A stretch of 64,000 nucleotides of DNA, taken from the NCBI RefSeq assembly GCF_040869285.1, contig NC_090432.1; one strand, 5' to 3'. The notes below the pieces were generated by a model that worked only from the letters and a program-made list of their open reading frames with translations, did not search any database and was not told the DNA's origin. This DNA comes from Myxine glutinosa (taxonomy: Eukaryota). Positions 46,661-60,136 of this stretch are shown here, one piece after another; within the stretch, counting starts at the first letter, position 1, and every line of letters starts with the position of its first letter. The translations under genes were made by a program, and so were the position numbers.

Positions 46661-48052
46661 AGGGATTAGCCGGTATCGTGCCTGTGTCTCGTGGTGAAAA
46701 GAGTCCTTCAGTTGTGCAGTTTTGTTTTTATTTTAATTCATATTTAAATTTAACCAACGAGGGATTTCCAATGCTTCAATGTGGATTCATAATGACTGTC
46801 CAGACACCTTGAGCTCCTTGTATCGCACGGTTCTGTGCTGGGGTTCTGCCTCTGAGGCATACGTGGTTCTGCAGTGACCGACCCTCTGATGGTCTCGATG
46901 CAGGGGAGGTGCACCGTTCCCCCCCCCCCCCCCCCCCCCCCCCATGCATGGACTGCGGTGCCCCTGTTCGTGGATTTGGCTGTTTTTGTGATGTCCGGGT
47001 TCATGACCTTTCGGTCCGCTCTTGCAGTGGCAGGAGATTTATGGCGGTGGGTTTCATCTGTGGGGTTTTGAACAAGGATCACAATGGAAGAATGCCTGAG
47101 AACTTGCGAGTCGTGAGTGGTGCCATATTCTGGGCTCTGCATTTTTCCTTCATGCCCGTGCCATCCTTACCTAGCAGCCCAGATGGGAACTGCCCTGGAT
47201 TTCGACGGATTCGACCCCTGGCTGTGCCCCTGGCTGAACCCCTGGCTGTGTTGCACACCCGACTCTCCGTTGCATGCTTCTCCTTGGTGTTGTGGGCGAC
47301 GTTTTGGATCTGCCTTGGCATCACAGATGGGCACTCTCTTCCTGCCACGGCTGCTCTCCCTCTGCTCATGACTTGATCTTCTCGCCATCAGGCCCACCAC
47401 CTAGCTCGTTCCTGCCCCAATCCACCCCTCGGCCCGCTGCTTAGTCTGCACGTGGACCTTGGTGTTCTCCGCTGCTTGTGCATGGGACTTCTCCGTGTTT
47501 TTCTGCACAACACACACACAACAGGCATTTTAAGGCCATTTTCCATGCTAGGGCGAGGGTTAGCCTTCCATGTTTTTCTGCGCAAACGCTGAGGATATCG
47601 CCAAAGTTGTGGGATGGAGGTCGGGGAGACAGTCAATGTCGCAGCCTCCATGGCTTATTCGGTCTGGTTAAACTTAATGGGGAGGCCTGGTACAGCTTTC
47701 TTTATTTCTTCTTTCTCGCTACTTTGTTGTGCACAACTCCGGATCTACTCGACCACAATTGATTGTTTTGAACTACTTCATTATTTTGATATATTAAATT
47801 GCAATACTTTATATTGCCTTTTATATTTTCCTTCTGGCCTTTTTGTGTTGAAATAACTTTATATTGGTTTATGCATTTTACAACTTGCATCATATATTAT
47901 TATTATTGTAATCAAAATGTAGTATTTGTAAATTGACTGTAATTCAGCCTATGGGTCAGAAAGTCTTTTTGGAATAAACAGATTATTATTATATTAATAT
48001 TATTATTATAATACAGTAGTATTGTTTTCGTAATAAAATAAAATTTTAAAAA

Positions 48053-48238
48053 ACCACCTTTAGAGGCCATTTTCCCCCGCAAAGCGGGGGTTGGCCTTTT
48101 TCGGTCACCGTGGTTGTTGTTGTTTTTGTTGGTCCCCTTTTTGAAGCAATGTTTTACGGCCAGATGCCCTTCCTGCCGCCAACCCTGTTTGTCGCCTTTT
48201 TACGACAAACAGGGATTTACCAGTGAACTGGTACTCAA
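48053..48238 (-). mobile_element. SINE family A, 5'-truncated copy inserted into the second direct repeat
   Basis: Tail-first orientation ...AAAAAACCACCTTTAGAGGCC... Flanked by the duplication TTTCGTAATAA (48023-48033 and ~48263), consistent with a TSD. Confidence 0.65.
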
Positions 48239-48989
48239 ACAGTACAAGCAGGGTATTTCGTAATAATAATAATAATAATAATAATAACATTAATACGAAT
48301 AATATAGTAAATATAATTGTAACACTGCAATCCACTTGTCGTTATTGCAAAGTTTCTAGATTGAAGTGGTGTATGGTTGGTTCATTGTTGACTCTAAACA
48401 TAGAATAAACCAGTGTCTCAATGCAAAAAAATAATACTACTTGCATTATTTGCTGTTATCCCCACCCAGGTCATACTATCCTCTTTAACTAAAGTATCGA
48501 ACAAGCCCGCCTACGCCGTTGTTAGACTTTCGGTCTTGTTTTTTGAGATCAGATCCAAGATGGCTGACTGGCGGCCATTTGGTTACTCAAACGTGTCCCC
48601 ATCGATTTATCGACATGCATGGACCGATTTTCTGGCACAAAGGCAATACATGAGAGTATACATATACAGAAGATTTTGTTTTGTGACCAGACCAAAGATG
48701 GCCAACTGACAGCCTTCAACTCCGTACAGCAAAATTACTAAAACCAAGGCGGGAGTTAAGACGTTTTGTGTCTTTTTCTTCTTGTTACACATCACATCAA
48801 TTGGACAGTCCTTTATTCATGATGGAAATGAATACAGCTGGATTATCACCAATACAACCTTGAGTGTACCTCGAAGCCTGCACATCACTTTGCATACATC
48901 AACATTATCATACAAAATGTTGAGCGTTTGTTCTGCAGTTTGGTGATAACCAACTTGCACCATATGTTGGCTGGAGTACGATAGCTTAC

Positions 48990-49117
48990 CGGTACGACTC
49001 AACTAGGTTGGAATAGACCAGAAGTAGACCTGGATACACCAGACGACGGTATTGGGCCACCAGGCGCAAAACCTCAGGATTACGATCATGCCGAGTGAGT
49101 ACAACCAGGCGCTCCAC
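48990..49117 (-). CDS. Upstream gene B exon (B7): VERLVVLTRHDRNPEVLRLVAQYRRLVYPGLLLVYSNLVESY
   Basis: Acceptor tggcccag|GTG and donor TACCG|gtaagc; phase 0 in, 2 out. Confidence 0.55.
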
Positions 49118-49356
49118 CTGGGCCAGTACATTATGGACAATTATCGTAATCAACAACAACCGACATTTACCACATAATCTACACTTTTCTCGCTTGCAAT
49201 CCTCTTTGGATACATCGAAAAATTAACGATTTTTTCCCAAAATGCCATGCTTTAACATTCCGTTACAAAGACAATCACAACTCCTCTGGAGATCCCCATT
49301 TTCAAAAATTCATGTGACAGATTTTTCCTACACCTGAAAACCAAAATTAAACTCAC

Positions 49357-49428
49357 CTTTTGCTTCCGAAAAATTAGATGCCAAAGAACATCACTTGGGA
49401 AAACAGCGGTATCCCCAAAATCGAGGTC
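49357..49428 (-). CDS. Upstream gene B exon (B6): DLDFGDTAVFPSDVLWHLIFRKQK
   Basis: Acceptor gcgtttttttgcag|GAC and donor CAAAAG|gtgagt; phase 0/0. Confidence 0.6.
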
Positions 49429-49769
49429 CTGCAAAAAAACGCAGGATGCATTACACAGGCAGCACAAAAGTGGAAGGAGATTTTAGTGTTTTTCACTGAG
49501 CGTACCGATCAACTGCTCGTGGTGGATTTATTATGACCGTTTGTCATTTTGTACTTCTTGATATGCTCAAAACAGTTACACATTCTCAAAATAAAGTTGA
49601 TTTTTGACTCCAATAAGGTTGAAAACATCCATCTTAGAAATAAGAACTTGTTTGCTTTGAAGAAAGGTAACATGTGCACAAGTAACTTATACAATTAACA
49701 AATTTCAGGGTAGCTATTAAAGGCAACTAAAAACACCGAGAATCTAACAGCGGCGTAGTCGTAGTACTC

Positions 49770-50230
49770 TACTAGCTGCAACATACAGCACATGACAGTA
49801 AAAACCCATGACAGGTTCGACCGCTTTGACGACCTCTTCAGCATGTATGGCGTATAAATTAAAAATAAAATGTCGGCCGGTGGAGTCAGTCGTCGTACGC
49901 CATAATGACATCTATGCATAACGTCTATGCTTTCCATATTTGATGATCATTTTAACAATCGGTTTGTTTGTGTTTCACACTGAATGAAAAACGTAAAGGT
50001 AGAGCATGGCGATTGTGATACATGACAGATTCGACGATATGTTCGGCCTGAACGGCATTGGAATCAAAATGGCGGAGTGTGGAGTCAGCCGTTAAATGCC
50101 GTAATGACATCACCCTGTCATGTGACCAAATCCTCAGCTCTGATTGGTATACGTTTGAGGGGACATACATACATACGGACGGACAAACACTGTTCTAGAC
50201 GGCTTTGCCCTATGGGCTACGCCGTAAAAA
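49770..50230 (-). repeat. Family F repeat copy, inverted
   Basis: Reverse complement matches 46000-46320, including CCAATCAGAGCTGAGGA..TGGTCACATGACAGGGTGATGTCATTACGG and GCCGCCATTTTGATTCCAAT. Confidence 0.55.
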
Positions 50231-51692
50231 AAAGTAATTAAATATTCATGTGGATATGCACACACCAGTAGCAAACCCATCAAATTCATCATGTTGAAAC
50301 AAAGTCTAATTTTCCTCCCAATGTGATGCAAGATAGCCTATTATCCATCACTGTGAAGGGTAACCAACTGAAACACAACGTGCAATACATAGCAAGGGTG
50401 TGCATTAGCCAGCTGTTGTTGTCATATTCCCTTTATAAGGGGTGGCGTCCGATGGCACCAAGCTCCTGCCCTGCCCTGCCTTGACCACGATACTCCTCCA
50501 CTCACCTCCGTCCTCATCCTCAGCCAACTCTCTCCACCCTCCAACCTCCCCCACTTTACATGTATTCCTCCTCACACAATCCTCCCATCTCAACTGAACC
50601 GCGGTCTACCTCTTTTAATGCTACCTTGTTCCCTTAACCTATGCGTTCTTTTTGCCATTCTCTTCCTCCATCCCCACCAAATGTCCAGCCCATCTCAGCC
50701 GGCATTTCACCAATCTCCCCGTCAAGCTCATCTGCACACCAATCTCCTCCCTCAGTTCATCCATTCTTCTGACCACCATCTTCAATCCCACAATCCCCCT
50801 TGACCCAGTTGGTCTCGCAAACCCGCAGCCTCTGTTGTTGTCTCTGTCAGAGCCACTGTCCCCAGACCATAAAAGTAGGCCGGTGTTACACAGGACATCA
50901 TGCCTGCGAAATACCAGGGTGACATTTTATAGATAGGCCAAGATTCAAACCCAGACTAGACAGCTGAGACACGAATGCAAAAACCTCTACCTTACACTTC
51001 CAAGCTTTTATTTCTACTTTTAACACTAAAACTAACTATTCCTACTCTCTCAACATAAAAATGCTTGACCAAAATATTTTTTTATAATAACAAATTCACT
51101 CTGCCTAAGATTGACTAAAGAGCTGGGTTTTGCAACACCAGTTGCAGCAATTTTTGTTTTTGCCATGATATGCCAAAACCCGACAAGGGTCTGTCTACTC
51201 CAACAATAAAGATCGGTGCACTGTTATTCAATCCTTGTTACTCAAGATTGGAAGGAAAAACCAAATTTACACACAAAATATTGCACATATAACCAGGAGG
51301 AACAAACATAACAGGAGGGAAAATTTCTTTGCAATTCATGTCTCCTACTGCTCCCAATGAATGTTCTTGGTCCAAGCACTCAGCAATTGTGAGCCACATA
51401 CAGTAGGACAAATCGTTTTAGCTATGCAAAGCTACCGAATATGTTGCAGTTTCTGTAACTTATCATCATAAGGCCATGTACCAAGTTTCAGTTCAATAAG
51501 TTAAAGGGTATGGGGGGAAAAAGCATAGAAAACCACAGGTCAGACAGACAAAGACAGACACACAGCAAACATATAGTCCCCTTTGGGGAAACTGGTATGG
51601 GACTAATAATGCCACGACATTAGTGTCCCATGGAAACACAGCAATCAAGTACTTTTACAACCATTACAAAGTTTGAGAATACACATTTGTAC

Positions 51693-52020
51693 CTGCTTCT
51701 CCAACAGTCGCTTCATGTTCTCCAGCACAGTGCCGGTCTCTAACTGAACTTCACAGCAACGCTTCGCACCATAGAGGAACAGATGTGCTTGCTCACTGCA
51801 GAACTTGATCATGAGACCTATTAGCGCTGCCACATCAATAATACGGCGTGACTTGCCGAGACCACTTCCTCTAGAACAGAAGGACATCTCCCGAGAAAAG
51901 TTGCACAAAATTATAGTGGTTCCAGGCAGTCGGGGGATGTTGTAGGTTGTCGCAATCTTCAAGGCAGTATCCAGTGCAGAGCGGTAACGTTGGATCCAGC
52001 TGGCAATGTCTGTGCAGCAA
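51693..52020 (-). CDS. Upstream gene B exon (B5), 109 aa: (S)CCTDIASWIQRYRSALDTALKIATTYNIPRLPGTTIILCNFSREMSFCSRGSGLGKSRRIIDVAALIGLMIKFCSEQAHLFLYGAKRCCEVQLETGTVLENMKRLLEKQ
   Basis: Acceptor tttttcaaccatag|T and donor GAGAAGCAG|gtacaa; phase 1 in, complementing the 2-base overhang of B4. Confidence 0.6.
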
Positions 52021-52334
52021 CTATGGTTGAAAAATGGGCAAATTAGGTTTTTGTGTTGTTGTTGGTGATGGTGGTAGTGGTGGAGATGATGGTGTTCGTG
52101 GACCCTTAAATCCAAACCCAAAGAGAATACAATAAATAAATAAATAAATAACTACAATAGCACCAAGTAGAATGCATGCCTCCTCCAGGCTTACATTTTG
52201 TAGCCCACTGATAAGCTGCTTCTGCATCCATACCTCAACCATAATCTAATCAGCTTGTTATCGTCACCTACCAAACTCATCCACCACCAGGTTTTGTCCG
52301 AATCCGTCTACAATCTTGTCTCCCTCTTCTAAAA

Positions 52335-54315
52335 CCTGGTGGCACCTTGTTAAGTCTGTCTCTAGAGGATGCTCCACTTCCATCCCCTCCTTCTCCTCAA
52401 ATGGCATGACAGCCAACTCATCATGACAGCTCATGAGAAGGACCAGTGCCTCAATTTTGTGTTTGCTTCAAGATCTTGCGTCCCCAACAACTTGCTCTCT
52501 CTGTAACCACCCTTCCCAGTTGAACCCAACTCCTCTTGGACTGTCTTTTGCACATGAGAATGGGGAGAAATTTCTGGCAACCGTTGACTCTGATTCTGCA
52601 ACTGGACCGGACGGCATCAGCTTGCGTGTCCTAAAAATCTGCTCTGCTGCTAGTCCTAAAAATCTCATCTGCCCTTTTCACTCTATCATTTGCCTTAAGT
52701 CATACTCCATATGCTTTGAAGTCAGCCAATATCACTGCATCATATAAAATGGTGCAAAAACGAATCCCCTTAATTAAGACCTATTATCTTTTTCAAGGTC
52801 ATCAGCAAAGTCATGGATTCCAATGTTCATAGTTGATATGTCTTTCCTTTTCTCTAATGGCCTCATCTCAGATCACCAATTTGGATTCAGACCAGGTCAC
52901 TGCACTTTGGACATGCTGTTTATACTCTCCAAATAATGAATAGAGGTCCTTTAATGTCAGAAAATAGACCAGGGCCATTTCTCCAGACATATCTCAGGCT
53001 TTCCATGTAGTCTGGCAACCTGCATTACTCTCCACACTCTCTGCCTATGGCATCCAATCCACTCATTGCTTACTGACTTTCTCCACTCTCATATCGCTTA
53101 ACAGAATCCTTTCATTTCCTCTATGTCAAGGCTGGAGTGCCCAAAGGCAGTGTTCTGGGCCCTGTACTATTCCTCATCTTCATCAACAATCTCTCTGTCT
53201 CTTTGACTCTCTGGAAAATCCCCTTTATCTATTTACTGATGACTCCAACCTCTGCTGTGACATCCCTCATCCTTCAGACAAACAGGCTGCAGCCTCTTCC
53301 CTCTTCAGACCTTGATAAAATCACAAGCTGGTCAAACACTTGGAATACGTCTTTCAATTGCGACAAATCTCTATCTCTATTTATATCTCTCCAAAAGGTA
53401 CATCCAGGAAGACCCTCCCATGCATACTTTCCTAACAAACTTCTTGAGGAAGTTCATATACACTCATAATCTTGGGTCTCACGAGCAGCAACCATGATCT
53501 TTCTTGGACAAATCACATTTCAAAGTTGGCCTCCAAAGTCAGTCACTGACTGGGCATTCTCCATCGTACAAAGTCCTTCCTTCGCACACCTGAACTCCTA
53601 TCCACCTACATGGCCTTCTTCCACAGCTTGGAGTACTGCTCTCCCCTCGGGGCTAGCTCTCCTGCCATCAGCTTGACATCAGGGAAACAAAGGCCTTCAA
53701 TATTATTGGAATCTCCCACATTGAAGACCTTGGTCTTCTACCACCTCCTTTCTGGTATTGCACCCTCTGCTGTTTTGTGCTGTTTTCCACTCCCTACCCA
53801 TCCCCGGGTCCCTGCAGGGTACACACGGTCCACCATCAACCCCCTTCTCATGAAACTACCTAAATCTAGGATCATTGCTCACCTCCACTCATTAGTTGCA
53901 CTTTTTTCCCCCCACCTGTGCAATCAACTTCCACACTCTCTTCAATCTCATTCTTCTCTCAAGGTCTTCAAGACACCTGTTCATCACCATCTCAGATCAT
54001 CCCCAAAACCATGAGGATTTCTACTCACCAATTAAAACGCCCACCCCCAAACCCACCTCCTTCCAAATTTCCAGGTTTTTTTTGCCCCCTTTCTGCAGAG
54101 TTTGCTTCTGTATCTTGTACAAAACATGCATCCTCCCCAACCATCCATACTTTCTTTCCTATTTGTCCGAATCTCCATTTTGTTCTTCAAACCAGCTGTT
54201 ATTGTGGTTCCCTCCTCTTTCTGATGTTCTTTTTGTCATGTTACAAATTGGTCCTTTCTGTGTTCTAACTCTTTCACAAGTTTTGACTTTGTATACAAAC
54301 ATAATAATAAAAACT
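52335..54315 (+). mobile_element. CR1-like LINE copy, 5'-truncated, with multiple frameshifts
   Basis: Contains ...LATVDSDSATGPDGISLRVLK..., ISDHQFGFRPGHCTLD, AGVPKGSVLGPVLFLIFIN, and the 3' UTR ending GTTTTGACTTTGTATACAAACATAATAATAAAAAC. Confidence 0.65.
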
Positions 54316-54346
54316 ACGAGCTTTAGATACTACCGACTACACTTAC

Positions 54347-54449
54347 CTTAGCTTCCGCAGTATCTTAAGGCGGTGCTCGAGTCGAATACGTATTTCATCT
54401 TCATACAACATGCCCCGCATTTGGTGACGCACGCTGAGCAATGGAGGGA
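54347..54449 (-). CDS. Upstream gene B exon (B4): PLLSVRHQMRGMLYEDEIRIRLEHRLKILRKL
   Basis: Acceptor ttcatatttgtcag|TC and donor GCTAAG|gtaagtg. Confidence 0.5.
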
Positions 54450-54984
54450 CTGACAAATATGAAAAGAAAAAGGTAATTCAAGCCAAACAGTCATGAGCTT
54501 AAACTATGTGCAGTTTATAATTTGAAACAATCAAAATAGACGTTGCTCGAAAACAACATCAAGCAAGTATTTCGATAATAAAAAATGTATGCAAAGTAAA
54601 TATTTGCTTTATCGGAACATTTACACAAATTCCCTCTATCACAGCATCAATTCAAAGGTTAGGGCTTGCAAATAGATACAACAGTTTTGAGCTGGGATAA
54701 ATCTTCCCATTCAAAATGCGCAATAAATGGCAAGAAAATAATCTCCCAATTAAAGCAAGTTGCTTTTTTGTATACAAAGTTGAGGCTCACAAAAGCTAGA
54801 ACAGAGAAGTCCAGAACAAGAGAGAATTAGAACAGTAATTGGTAGAGAGTGCACCTCTGCCAGACTGAACAGTTTACGTTTTGTATCCCACTGACAGGCT
54901 GGCTCTGGATTCGGACCAGAACAAAAATCAAATCAGCTTGTTCTCGTCACCCAACCTGTCGTACCCAGTACCCAATCATACCCA

Positions 54985-56812
54985 GGTGTTCCTGGACTCT
55001 GTCCTTCTCTCCTGACAAGGTGGAGACGTTTTTGTCAAACCTCGACTCTAATTCTGCAACTGTACCAGACGGCATCAGCCCACTGGTCCTAAAATCCTGC
55101 TCTGTCGCTCTTTCTCACCCTCTCTCTCTGTTCTCTTCACCCTCTCTTTTGCTCAAGGTCATCTGCCAGCATCTTGGAAATCAGCAAACATAACCGCTTT
55201 ACACAAAAAAGTGCAAAAACAGATCCTTGCAACGACAAACCAATCAGCGTGCTCCCAATAATCAGCAAGGTCATGGAATCCATCATCGCTTCTGACATCA
55301 AATCCTTCCTCTTCTCCAATGGCTTGATCTCGGATCATCAATTTGGATTCAGACTTGGACATTCTACTCTGGACATGCTGCTTCTGTTGTCTCAACAATG
55401 GATGGAGGTCCTTAATGCTAAACATGAAATCAGAGCCGTCTCCCTCGACATATCACGTGCCTTTGATACGGTCTGGCACCCCACTCTGCTCACATAACTC
55501 TCGTCCCATGGTATCCATGGAAATCTCCACACATGGCTTGCAGACTTCCTCTCTGGTCGTAGTCAACGTGTGGCCCCGAATGACTCTCTCATCTCCCCTT
55601 CCTGTTCAGGCTGGAGTTCCTCAAGGCAGTGTTCTGGGCCCTGTGCTTTTTCTGGTCTTCATCAATGATCTCTCCGACTCTCTGGAAAATCCTCTCTATC
55701 TCTTTGCTGATGACTCCACTCTCTGCCGCTCCATACCTCATCCCTCAGATCGGCAGACTGCAGCCTCCTCACACTCTGCAGACCTGGACAAAATCAAAGA
55801 CTGGTCAAACAAGTGGAACATGTCTTTCAATCCTGACAAATCTCACACTCTTAAAATGTCTCTCCGAAAAGACCGACTGGACAACCCTCCCATCTACTTT
55901 CTCAACAATCCTCTCCAAGAAGTTCTGTCACTCAAGCTTTTGGGTCTCACTATCTGCCATGATCTTTCCTGGGAAAACCACATTTCCAAGCTGGCCTCCA
56001 AAGCCAGTCGCCGACTGAGCATCCTCCGTTGTGCGAAGTCCTTTCTTGGCACACCTGAGCTCCTCACCACATACAAGGCTTTCATCCGCAGCTCAATGGA
56101 ATACTGTTCTCCCCTCTGGGCCGGTGCTCCTGCCTCACACCTAGCTCGACTTCACGCTGTTGAAACCAAAGCTTTCAGTCATTGGAATCTCCCGCGATGA
56201 AGCTCACTCTGACGGTCTTTCACTTGCACACTGCAGGCAGGTTGGTGGTCTTTCTGTCTTCTACCGACTCATCTACAACCTTGCTCCCCCAACTCTCTCT
56301 GTGCTCTGTCCCCCAAATATTCCTACAGGCCGCACAAGATCTGCCAGCAACCCTCTTATGGTGAAACTGACAAAATCAAGACTCTCTATTCACCTTCACT
56401 CTTTCAGTCCTCTTTTCTCCCGCCTCGGGAACAAACTCTCTCACTCTCTTCAGTCCCACTCCTCCCTCCAGGTCTTTTAAACAACTGTTCACCACCATCT
56501 CTTATCTTCCCCCATCCAAAACCTTGATCTTCTCTACCCCCGTTAATTCACCCCAGATCCACTTTTTTGAAATACCGACTTCTTTCCTGGAAGTCCGAGC
56601 AGTGTCCATGTGTTTTTTTTACCTCTCCCACTCCTCCCCTCCCCCTTCCCATGCCTCTTTCCCCCAAGCCCTCTCCCTCCCACAGATCTCCTGATGTCCC
56701 TTGCTCTCCATCTTGTTTCCCGCTCCCTTTATCATATGTTTTATGTGTCAGTTTGTCTTTTTGTGAGCAGTGAGCTCCTACACGAGCCTCGATCTTGTTT
56801 ACACCAAAAAAT
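54985..56812 (+). mobile_element. CR1-like LINE copy, 5'-truncated (RT plus C-terminal domain plus 3' UTR), the most intact in the window
   Basis: ORF 55343..56200 contains QFGFRLGHSTLD, EIRAVSLDISRAFDTVWHP, AGVPQGSVLGPVLFLVFIND, LFADDSTL and ...ASRRLSILRCAKSFLGTPELLTTYKAFIRSSMEYCSPLWAGAPASHLARLHAVETKAF. Tail ...GAGCCTCGATCTTGTTTACACC(A)6(AT)n. Confidence 0.75.
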
Positions 56813-56830
56813 ATATATATATATATATAC

Positions 56831-57259
56831 TCATTCACCAAGTTTTGTCATAATCCAGCCATAACGTTTTGAAATATCATTTTTGGCCCTATTAACTCAA
56901 TGGTGAAGAATGAATGAATGAATGATCGTTTTAAGGCCATTTTCCCCGCTAGAGCGGGGTTAGCCTTGCGGGCCCCATGACAATCATGGTTCCCTGTTTG
57001 AGGCAATGTTTTTATGGCCGGATGCCCTTCCTGACGCCAACCCTCAATGGTGAAGAATCACTTGTAAAATTAAAAGATTCCTGTATCCAGATTCGGATCT
57101 TCACCAAAATCTAACCACTTCTTCCTTGTTGCAGACCAAACCTCTCCACCAAATTTCGTCCAAATCCTTCCACAATTTTGGGAAATATCCTTTTCACAGA
57201 CAAACAGACAAACAGGGGTGAAAACATAACCTCAATCCACCTTTGGTGGTGGAGGTAAA
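56831..57259 (+). mobile_element. SINE family B copy, 5'-truncated, with a nested inverted SINE-A fragment at 56935-57045
   Basis: ...TTTGTCATAATCCAGCCATAACGTTTTGAAATATCATTTTTGGCCC...[AAGGCCATTTTCCCCGCTAGAGCGGGG...CCGGATGCCCTTCCTGACGCCAACCC]...TTCACAGACAAACAGACAAACAGGGGTGAAAACATAACCTCAATCCACCTTTGGTGGTGGAGGTAA. Confidence 0.6.
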
Positions 57260-57620
57260 AACTGTGATGATTATTTTGTCACATTATATCAAAACAAGAA
57301 CGGCACTTGGAAGCAAGATTTTGAGAACCAAATAATATTGTTTGCAATTAATTTCGGAATTATTTTGATGCCAAAACAAGCAAGTCGGCTTGTTATTTCA
57401 CCCAATTCAAAGCAAAGGTGACTCATGAGAAGTCCATAACAACTACCTGCTTTTGGAATATTCTTTTCCAAGTCCTCAAGCACCTCAAAGGCAGCAAAGA
57501 AGCGGAAAGGAAACTGTCGGCTACTAACAACAGCTTTCTGTAGGAAAAGTTACAAAAAAATTAAGCATCGAATTCATACGACGGTACACTTTGCTCTAAA
57601 GTCTAATCGGTCATCCCCAC

Positions 57621-57730
57621 CTTGTCGGTCAGTTTGTCGAGTATCTTTTCATGATGCTGGATGCTGATTCCAGCAAGCAAAAGGTTCCGCAAATTTCGCA
57701 ACATTGCCATGAAAGGTAGCTTGCCATCAT
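57621..57730 (-). CDS. Upstream gene B exon (B3): (D)DGKLPFMAMLRNLRNLLLAGISIQHHEKILDKLTDK
   Basis: Acceptor caacaattttag|AT and donor GACAAG|gtgggg. The 2-base entry complements the 1-base overhang of B2. Confidence 0.5.
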
Positions 57731-58196
57731 CTAAAATTGTTGCATGGTCAAAAGCAGGAGGGGGAGAAAGGTGGAAACAAACAAAAAATAATTGTAAAAA
57801 AATTGGGTTGAAACAAACCAAGCGAAGGCACTACCAATCAATCCCAAAGTGATTATGCCCCAATGACAGTGAGGTATACATAAAGTAGACATCAACACCA
57901 TATTTACAGGCTTAGGTGAATTTTTTTAAAAATCAAAACTTTTTTTCGAAAATCCTCAATAATGAATGAAGCCTTTAGCTGGATATAAACCTACATCCCC
58001 TGTGAAATCAATTCAGTAAGTTTGGCAAATCACAATTAACAACTGGAAATCTGAAGAAAAATACAATTGTCATTGCGATTTCATGCAACAAAATAAGCAA
58101 CAACAACAAGAGTCAATCGGCATTTGTATCAACTAATCATGTGTGCATGATAAAGCATCTTAACCTTCTTCCATTCCCTTCCAAATTGCCTCGTAC

Positions 58197-58354
58197 CGAT
58201 TAGTTGTTCCCACACAGCCGCATTGTTTCCTTTTAGTGGAAGCTGGGTTTCCCAAGTCTGAGGCACAGCAAGATGCATTCGACAATTTGCTCGGTCTGCC
58301 TGGAAAAGACCTGGTAAGCCAGAACTCCGAAAAGCCTCCAGGTCTGCCGGATAT
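58197..58354 (-). CDS. Upstream gene B exon (B2): YPADLEAFRSSGLPGLFQADRANCRMHLAVPQTWETQLPLKGNNAAVWEQLI
   Basis: Acceptor ttgctttttgtttttcag|A and donor CTAATCG|gtacga. Confidence 0.55.
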
Positions 58355-59800
58355 CTGAAAAACAAAAAGCAACTTCCAGCAACAATACACCACTTAACCC
58401 TTTGAGGACCACAAGCACCTTCAAAGTAATTTTAAGATACAAGTCCAATTGTATTATTGGTTTGGCTATAATAATCATGAATATGAATTGAAATTCAAGA
58501 GTACACACGATGAAAATCATACGTTTTTCTAATCAACAAACAAAGAAACAAGAAGATGTCATGCAGAGCATGACACTTGCAAAATCTATTCCCTCCCCAA
58601 AATAAAAACTTGCCATGGATACATCAAATTGTCCATTTCATCAAGATTAAAATTGACGACATTAAATCAAAGCTCAGGTCAATCGGATTAAAATTGATGA
58701 TTTTTCAGATTAAAATTGATGATATTCGAAGTTTGATATTGAGATGACCTTTTGACCTCAAAAAAAGTCGGTTTCCCAATTCAGTGAGGCCTCTGCAGTT
58801 GCTGTTTAACTTTCAGGTTAATAGGATGAAAATGGATGATATTTCAGAAGTTTGACCTTGAGTTGACCTTTTGAATTCAAAATTAGTTGGTTTCCCAATG
58901 TAGTGACTCAATATGCAAATGCTGTTCAATTTTGAAGTCAATTGGATGAAAAATGACAATTTTAGGAATTTGACCGCAAGATGACCTTTGACATCAAAAT
59001 CAATAGGCTTCGTCCTTTTGACCGACAACACACAAGGCCAACTAAAACAATATACTTCAAAATTCTTTGATTTTGCAAGTAAAAAAAGAGAAAAGTTATG
59101 GAAACGACAACAGCTCTTACCCAGTGTTAGCTACATTGCTAATGTGCATACATAAAGTAATCTAAAATTGCAGTGAAAATATCGGAGATAGACCACTTTA
59201 AAGTTTCGGGACGTAGGCGTCCCTTGGGTGTTTAAAGGGTTAATTGGTTTTCTATATAGACCAGCTGTAACCATTTCTACCAGACCTCAGGGCATCCCAG
59301 ACTTTAAGCATACCTTTTCTCAAGGAGACACATGACGTGGTAAGTAGGCTTGGAAATGTGAAGCTGGCAAATCAAATCCTTGAGTGTGAATTGCTTATTC
59401 TCCTAAGAAAGAATGCATAAATGCAGGGCATCTATTAAAAAAAGACTAATTTACTGGAAAAAATATATATTAGCAAAAGCGTTCAAAAGAATGACCAAAG
59501 TAACAATTTTACAAAATATCCATAGCTTTTTAGTTTTTTTAAGTTTCCACTTTTACAGAGGAAAAACAAAATGCATGCAAAATGTGGGAGAAAATAGAGT
59601 GAACGAGTGTTATGAATGATCAACTGAAAGAATGAATGAATAAAGTGGTCATAGACGAGCACTTCCGGAATCAGTCACTGTGACCTTGCCCTTTTGACCT
59701 CAAAAAATAGGCTTCAATGACCCAATATGCAAACCCTGTTAAAATTTCAAGTCAGATGAAAATTGGCAGACGACTCAGATGAGGGCTCTTTAGCAGAGAG

Positions 59801-60136
59801 AAAAAGAAAAAAAAAAAAAAAAACACCTTTAGAGGCCATTTTTCCCCGCTAGCGGGGGTTGGCCTTTTTCGGGCACCGTGGTTGTTGTTGTTTTTCGGTA
59901 CCCTGTTTGAAGCAATGTTTTGCGGCCGGATGCCCTTCCTGCCGCCAACCCTTTTTGTCGCCTTTTACGACAAACAGGGAATTACCAGTGAACTGGTACT
60001 CAATTAGCCGACCTCGGAAGGATGACAGGCTGCGTCAACCCCCCTGGCGTTAATTCAGTGATCGACCGGGATTCGAACCCAGGATCCTAGGATCCTAAGC
60101 TGGCACCCTAGCCGCTAAGCCAACGCCAACGCTTCT
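59801..60136 (-). mobile_element. SINE family A, full copy, with a perfect 15-bp TSD
   Basis: (A)n plus CACCTTTAGAGGCCATTTTTCCCCGCTAGCGGGGG...CGGGATTCGAACCCAGGATCCTAGGATCC...GCCGCTAAGCCAACGCCAACG. TSD CTCTTTAGCAGAGAG at 59786-59800 and 60137-60151. Confidence 0.85.

Noticed and set aside
46909-47376. 155-aa and other overlapping ORFs rich in Pro, Ala and Cys
   Set aside because: Overlapping ORFs on both strands around a C26 homopolymer. Low complexity, no splice context.
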